Source: an uncultured Clostridia bacterium
GTDB taxonomy: Bacteria > Bacillota > Clostridia > TANB77 > CAG-508
DNA length: 64,000 nt
Assembly: GCA_934183305.1 (NCBI GenBank)
Contig: CAKPSF010000003.1
Location: 10,673 to 74,672, forward strand
Direction: 5' to 3'
The notes under the pieces were generated by a model. That model did no database searches, was not told the DNA's origin, and worked only from the letters and a program-made list of their open reading frames with translations. Below are positions 59,169 through 64,000 of this stretch, in pieces; within the stretch, counting starts at the first letter, position 1; every line of letters begins with the position of its first letter. Position numbers and translations under genes: made by a program.

Positions 59169-60098
59169 CTATTTCTTGTCTTTAAATAATATATATTTAT
59201 TATACATTTTTGTCCTAATATCTTTAACAGAATGCTTTAAATTTAGTAATAACAATATAGAATATATATAAAACATTGGAAATTTATTTGCTCTATATCT
59301 TGCTCTTTTATTTTTCATTTTTCCATAGTCATTGTAACTTTTTATTTTTTTTTTGTATTTTTCAGAATTAATAAAATGATTTATTTCTTGTTCACTAGCA
59401 ATCTTTCCTTTTTTATATTCTTTTCTTAATAATTCTGATATTAACTCCTGCTTTCCAGAATTGCTTCTAGATATACTATTAGGAGATAATCTACACTTAT
59501 ATAAAACTTCTGGATAATTTGCAAGTCTAAAGCCATATAGAGAGGCACGTAATAAGAAATCATAATCCTCACAAGAAAAAATGTTTCTGTATCCATTTAG
59601 TTTTTTAAATACTTCTGGTTTTGCAAGCCAAGTAGGATGTAATACACAACTTTTATATTTTAATAATTTACAAATGTTTTCGGATTTTGTTGGATACACG
59701 CCTAGCTGTTGATCTTCGCCTTCATAAAAATATTGCATATATGAACCAACTAAATCACAATCTTCTTTTTCTATGTATTTTAATTGTTTCTCAAATCTAT
59801 CTAATGTAGATATATCATCCGAATCCATTCTTGCATAATAATCTCCAGTTGCAACTTCTAATGCTTTGTTTAAGCTTAGTGGTAAACCAATATTTTCTTC
59901 ATTTAATATTACTTTTACTCTTTTATCATTATATTGTTCTATAAATTCTTTTCTCCATATTTCATCTGGAAAATCTATTACTACTATAATTTCCAAATTT
60001 TTATATGTCTGATTTATTATTGACTCAAATGATTCCTTAAGCTCTTCTTCATTTTCTTTATATACTGTCATTAAAACACTTATCTTTTTTTCTTCCAT
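59169..60098 (-). CDS. Family 2 glycosyltransferase
   Basis: ISVLMTVYKENEEEL...DSDD. Confidence 0.8.
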   Translation of the reverse strand: MEEKKISVLMTVYKENEEELKESFESIINQTYKNLEIIVVIDFPDEIWRKEFIEQYNDKRVKVILNEENIGLPLSLNKALEVATGDYYARMDSDDISTLDRFEKQLKYIEKEDCDLVGSYMQYFYEGEDQQLGVYPTKSENICKLLKYKSCVLHPTWLAKPEVFKKLNGYRNIFSCEDYDFLLRASLYGFRLANYPEVLYKCRLSPNSISRSNSGKQELISELLRKEYKKGKIASEQEINHFINSEKYKKKIKSYNDYGKMKNKRARYRANKFPMFYIYSILLLLNLKHSVKDIRTKMYNKYILFKDKK

Positions 60099-61321
60099 GT
60101 CAATAAATCCAGTTCATTACCCTTTCTTTCTTTATTACTTATTGTTAAAAATGCTCCTATCATGAAAAATGTTATTACTTCTGCGCCTTTAAATTGTATA
60201 AAACCCATAATTATATATGTTAGTATAAACATTGTAAATGAATTTTCTAATACTTTTTTTATATTATTTTTTATAAAATCTATAATAATATATATATAAG
60301 ATATACCTCCAATAAATCCAAAATCTAATATCATTTGAAATAATAAGTTATGAACATTATCTTCATCATACCATAAGCCTGATACATTTTTCATTCCTTT
60401 TATAGCATTACCAGCACCATATCCAAATGGTCTTTTTATAAATGTTTCCATTACATGTTCCCACATTCTTATTCTACCTTGAGAGCCACCATCTTTTCCA
60501 ACATTCATAATTCTGCTAATTATATTATCAAACATATTGGTTTCTATACCTATAATAATTGCTAATACTGTAATAAACAAAATTCCAATTATTAATAATT
60601 TTAGTCCTTTATTATCTTTTTGTTTTTTCATTTTAATTACACTGTTTATAAAAATATATAAAAATGCTATAATACTAATTATTAGTCCTACTCTACTAGA
60701 TAACAAAACAGAAATCGTTGCACACATTCCAATATATGCATAAGCAAATTTAGGTTTATTAATAAAGAAAAATGCAAACATTGTAATCCAAGTACATTCT
60801 AAGTTCACACCACCAGTAAATATTCCTTCATATTGTGGATGTTCATTATATGGATTATTATGAAAATTCATTATTTCTTTAAAATCTATTAATACATTTA
60901 TGGTTACAACCGCTAAGACTATTATTGCAACAATTTGTATAATCTTAATCCAATCATCCATTTTTAAATCTTTACCTATGTTATATACCACTAGCAAAAT
61001 TCCAAAAGCAAATAAATATTCAAAAAATAATCTTTCAACTCCTATACTAAAGAAATTAAAAACGGATATTATGGTTATATATATTAGCATTGCTGTTAAT
61101 TTCTTTGAAGGAAGCATTAATTGTCTCTTTGCAATTATCAATATCATGTACAATATAACTAGAACTCTATAAACTTTAATTGCTTGTTTTCCAATAACAC
61201 ATAAATTAAGATTCTGAAAGCAAAATGATATCAATAATATTGTCATTAGAATTTCAGGTTTCAATATAGTCTTTATTTTGTCTTTAAATCTCCATTCTTT
61301 CATTTTTTCATTTATTATCAT
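60080..61321 (-). CDS. O-antigen polymerase/ligase-like (Wzy-type) membrane protein
   Basis: About 10 TM segments with a large periplasmic-type loop. Its start overlaps the downstream GT2 gene. Confidence 0.5.
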   Translation of the reverse strand: MIINEKMKEWRFKDKIKTILKPEILMTILLISFCFQNLNLCVIGKQAIKVYRVLVILYMILIIAKRQLMLPSKKLTAMLIYITIISVFNFFSIGVERLFFEYLFAFGILLVVYNIGKDLKMDDWIKIIQIVAIIVLAVVTINVLIDFKEIMNFHNNPYNEHPQYEGIFTGGVNLECTWITMFAFFFINKPKFAYAYIGMCATISVLLSSRVGLIISIIAFLYIFINSVIKMKKQKDNKGLKLLIIGILFITVLAIIIGIETNMFDNIISRIMNVGKDGGSQGRIRMWEHVMETFIKRPFGYGAGNAIKGMKNVSGLWYDEDNVHNLLFQMILDFGFIGGISYIYIIIDFIKNNIKKVLENSFTMFILTYIIMGFIQFKGAEVITFFMIGAFLTISNKERKGNELDLLTWKKKR

Positions 61322-61338
61322 TTTTCACTTTTCCTTTT

Positions 61339-62436
61339 CTAATAGTTCAAATACAAACTTTCCAATTTTTTAGCAATATTCTTTATATCAAATTCTTTAC
61401 ACTTTTCTTTCATATCCTCAGTTCTATCATATCCCGCATTAATATTTAACACTGAGTTTTCCCATATAGTTTTATTTAATTTTAAATATTTAATATTACT
61501 TGTTAAATTTGTTTCTTCGGCAACAGTATTTGCCGTTGTAAGACATTTTAATCCTGATGCTTGTCCTTCAATTAAAACAATGCCTAATCCTTCATATAGT
61601 GATGGTAAAGCAAATATATCCATCGCCATCATATATTCATTTACATTTTTTACTCTTTTTCTTATATATGTTACATTTTCCAACTGGTATTTTGATATTT
61701 TATTCTTTATTTTGCTTTCCAGTTTTCCTTCCCCTATAATAATTAATTTATATTTTGGGTTTTCTTCATGCAACTTTTTAAAAACTTCTATTAGGAATAT
61801 CTGATTTTTTTGTTTTTCCATTCTACCAATATTTCCAATCAAAATATCACTGCTATTTAACTTTAATTCTTCTCTTATTTTGTTGCGTTTACTTTCATCA
61901 AATTTAAATCTGTCAATTTCTATTCCATTATTAATAACTTCAACTTTTTCTTTTTTTCCAAATAAATACTTTCCTGAATCTGCTGAACAAGCAAATTTTA
62001 CATTTGCATATTTTTTAGAGCTTCTAGATAAAATATGTAATATAAAGCCCTTTATACTTTTTTCATAAGAATTATTATGAGAATGTCCAATTCTTATTTT
62101 TACATTATGTTTTTTGGCTATTTTTAAATACACGGGCATCATGCTTTGCATATGTCCATGAACAATTTTATATTCTTTATGTTCAGAGAAAAATTTATTT
62201 AGATCTTTTATATATTTAATGAAGTTCTTATCATCTTTATATGTTAATCTATAAATTTTTCCGCCTAATTTTTCTATTTCATCATCATAAAATTCTTCTT
62301 TTTCACTATGTACTAGAAAGTCAAATTGAACTTTAGTTCTATCTATATTTCTATACACATTCATAATAAAAGTTTCTACTCCTGCTGCTCTCATATTTGG
62401 CACAACATTTAATACTCTTACTAAATTTTCATCCAT
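61339..62436 (-). CDS. Family 4 (group 1) glycosyltransferase
   Basis: GT-B C-terminal EGLGIVLIEGQASGLKCL. Confidence 0.75.
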   Translation of the reverse strand: MDENLVRVLNVVPNMRAAGVETFIMNVYRNIDRTKVQFDFLVHSEKEEFYDDEIEKLGGKIYRLTYKDDKNFIKYIKDLNKFFSEHKEYKIVHGHMQSMMPVYLKIAKKHNVKIRIGHSHNNSYEKSIKGFILHILSRSSKKYANVKFACSADSGKYLFGKKEKVEVINNGIEIDRFKFDESKRNKIREELKLNSSDILIGNIGRMEKQKNQIFLIEVFKKLHEENPKYKLIIIGEGKLESKIKNKISKYQLENVTYIRKRVKNVNEYMMAMDIFALPSLYEGLGIVLIEGQASGLKCLTTANTVAEETNLTSNIKYLKLNKTIWENSVLNINAGYDRTEDMKEKCKEFDIKNIAKKLESLYLNY

Positions 62437-63296
62437 TATATTTTTCCTACCTTCATTCCAAAAAATCTAGCAAACATATCTGGGAAAAACCTTAAAAATG
62501 CTCCAAAATCTTTTTCCTGAATTATTCTTTTTAAAACGTATTTAGCCATATTGCCACCAGTTTTATTAGTTCCATATTGGTCTAAATAACTATTTTCTTT
62601 AAAAAACACTCCTGTATCATAATATCTTTTATATAGTTGTTTAAATTTAAAATCATGCGAATGAATTACTACAGATTCAGCTTCATATTTTATTTTATAA
62701 CCATTCATTATTAACTTGTATGCAATATACATATCTTCACTTATACTTAATTTTTTATTATCATAATAATTAAGTTTTTTAAATGTATCACTTTTAATTG
62801 CAGAAGAAGCATCTGAAAAGAAAAAAGTTCTTAATCCCATTTCAGGTAAGTTTTCTTTAGTTACAATTTTACTTTCTTCAGGATAATTTTTTTCTCTAGT
62901 ATATTTTTCTATGCCTTTGCTTTTACTTATCTGCCTACTATATGATGCATCACATTCTCCATTTTTTATACCTTTAGTTAAATTGTATAGCCAATCTTCT
63001 CGTTCAATTATTACATCTTGTGTTATAAAAACTATAATATCAGCATCTGATTCCTTGGCTTCATTCTCTCTTGTTAAAGAATGTGAAAAATCATTTGTTT
63101 CTATCTCTTTAAATACCACATTATTATTTTTACTTGCTATTTTTTTTACAATATTCAAAGTATTATCTTTGCTCTTTGTAATTACATATCTAATTTTATT
63201 AACATCATTATATATAGTTTGTTTTTTTATCTGTTCAAATTGATTATTTATAACTTTTTCTGCATTGTACAAAGGACAGATTATATCTATGTTCAT
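62436..63296 (-). CDS. Family 2 glycosyltransferase
   Basis: IDIICPLYNAEKVI...QDV. Confidence 0.65.
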   Translation of the reverse strand: MNIDIICPLYNAEKVINNQFEQIKKQTIYNDVNKIRYVITKSKDNTLNIVKKIASKNNNVVFKEIETNDFSHSLTRENEAKESDADIIVFITQDVIIEREDWLYNLTKGIKNGECDASYSRQISKSKGIEKYTREKNYPEESKIVTKENLPEMGLRTFFFSDASSAIKSDTFKKLNYYDNKKLSISEDMYIAYKLIMNGYKIKYEAESVVIHSHDFKFKQLYKRYYDTGVFFKENSYLDQYGTNKTGGNMAKYVLKRIIQEKDFGAFLRFFPDMFARFFGMKVGKI

Positions 63297-63979
63297 TATT
63301 TTGCTCCCTCTTTTTTTAGTACTGAAACTATTGTTTTAAAAAATATTTTTATATCTAACAATAATGATTGATTATCTATATAATATAATTCCATCTGCAT
63401 TCTTTCTTCATATGTTGTATTGCTTCTACCATTTGCTTGCCAATATCCAGTTAATCCAGGTGTAATACTTAAAAATTTATCTTTGTTTTTTCCATATTTC
63501 TCAAGTTCTTCATCAATTACAGGTCTTGGTCCAATAATTGATAAATCACCTTTTATAATATTTACTATTTGAGGCAATTCATCTAAACTTGTCCTTCTCA
63601 AAAAATTTCCCATTTTAGTTATTCTCGGATCATTTTCTAACTTAAAGTTCTCTTGCCATTCTCTTTTTTGTTCTTCACTAAATTTTTCTATCATTTCTTC
63701 TGCGTTTTCATACATACTTCTAAATTTATACATATCAAATTCTTTACCATTTTTCCCAATTCTTTTATGTGCAAAAATAACTGGACCTTTAGAATCAATT
63801 TTTATACAAATAGCAAGTATTAAAAAAACAGGAGATAATAGCACTAATCCTACACATCCTAAAACTATATCAGTTATTCTTTTAAAACCTCTATATATTT
63901 TACCTTTTATTTCCATATTATCAATCTCAATTTTGGTTAATTCTTTAGTATTTTGAATATTTGCATCCACCTTTATCAC
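63296..63979 (-). CDS. Sugar transferase (polyprenyl-phosphate hexose-1-phosphate transferase, WbaP/WcaJ C-domain type)
   Basis: One TM, then DELPQIVNIIKGDLSIIGPRP. Confidence 0.8.
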   Translation of the reverse strand: MIKVDANIQNTKELTKIEIDNMEIKGKIYRGFKRITDIVLGCVGLVLLSPVFLILAICIKIDSKGPVIFAHKRIGKNGKEFDMYKFRSMYENAEEMIEKFSEEQKREWQENFKLENDPRITKMGNFLRRTSLDELPQIVNIIKGDLSIIGPRPVIDEELEKYGKNKDKFLSITPGLTGYWQANGRSNTTYEERMQMELYYIDNQSLLLDIKIFFKTIVSVLKKEGAK

Positions 63980-64000
63980 CCTTTAAAATTTATTCTTCCT

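Overview
This is an AT-rich, low-GC Firmicutes (Clostridium-like) chromosomal window. Almost every gene is on the minus strand. It splits into three parts. (i) 1-23,800 is accessory-looking and ends at a tRNA-Tyr/Met/Gly cluster next to an ORF6N (antirepressor-like) gene. It carries an unusual concentration of nucleotide house-cleaning and nucleotide-modifying paralogs. These are a Lnu/ANT(2'')-like nucleotidyltransferase fused to a NUDIX domain beside a Ham1-like gene, a UDG-like gene, and two tandem NUDIX genes (one N-terminally truncated). The centrepiece is a protein whose N-terminal half matches the CTP-synthase synthetase (amidoligase) domain, with no glutamine-amidotransferase domain, fused to a divergent Ham1/ITPase-like domain. 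Immediately downstream is a guanylate-kinase-like ORF that lacks the P-loop. Together these are my best candidate for an undescribed nucleotide repair or nucleotide modification module. The same part also holds two MerR regulators (one with a 19-bp-spacer promoter), a flavodoxin with a cupin pseudogene remnant, ogt, two ABC exporters (one preceded by an AbrB/MazE-like gene), and LiaF-like membrane proteins. (ii) 24,200-49,000 is core: folA, thyA, an acyl-CoA ligase, tsaD, an M50 protease, clpB with a CIRCE-like operator, a sortase-type surface protein, lysS, ftsH, cysS, PBP1A, an AI-2E transporter, and a CBS-pair protein with 17 cysteines in CXC motifs. (iii) 49,100-64,000 is a surface-polysaccharide locus: rfbBCAD, a Wzx flippase, a DegT aminotransferase, an SDR, an ATP-grasp enzyme, four glycosyltransferases, a Wzy-like polymerase and the priming sugar transferase. 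No CRISPR array, IS element or integrase was seen. Start codons were re-derived by hand for many genes, because several ORF-track starts are GTG/TTG N-terminal extensions.
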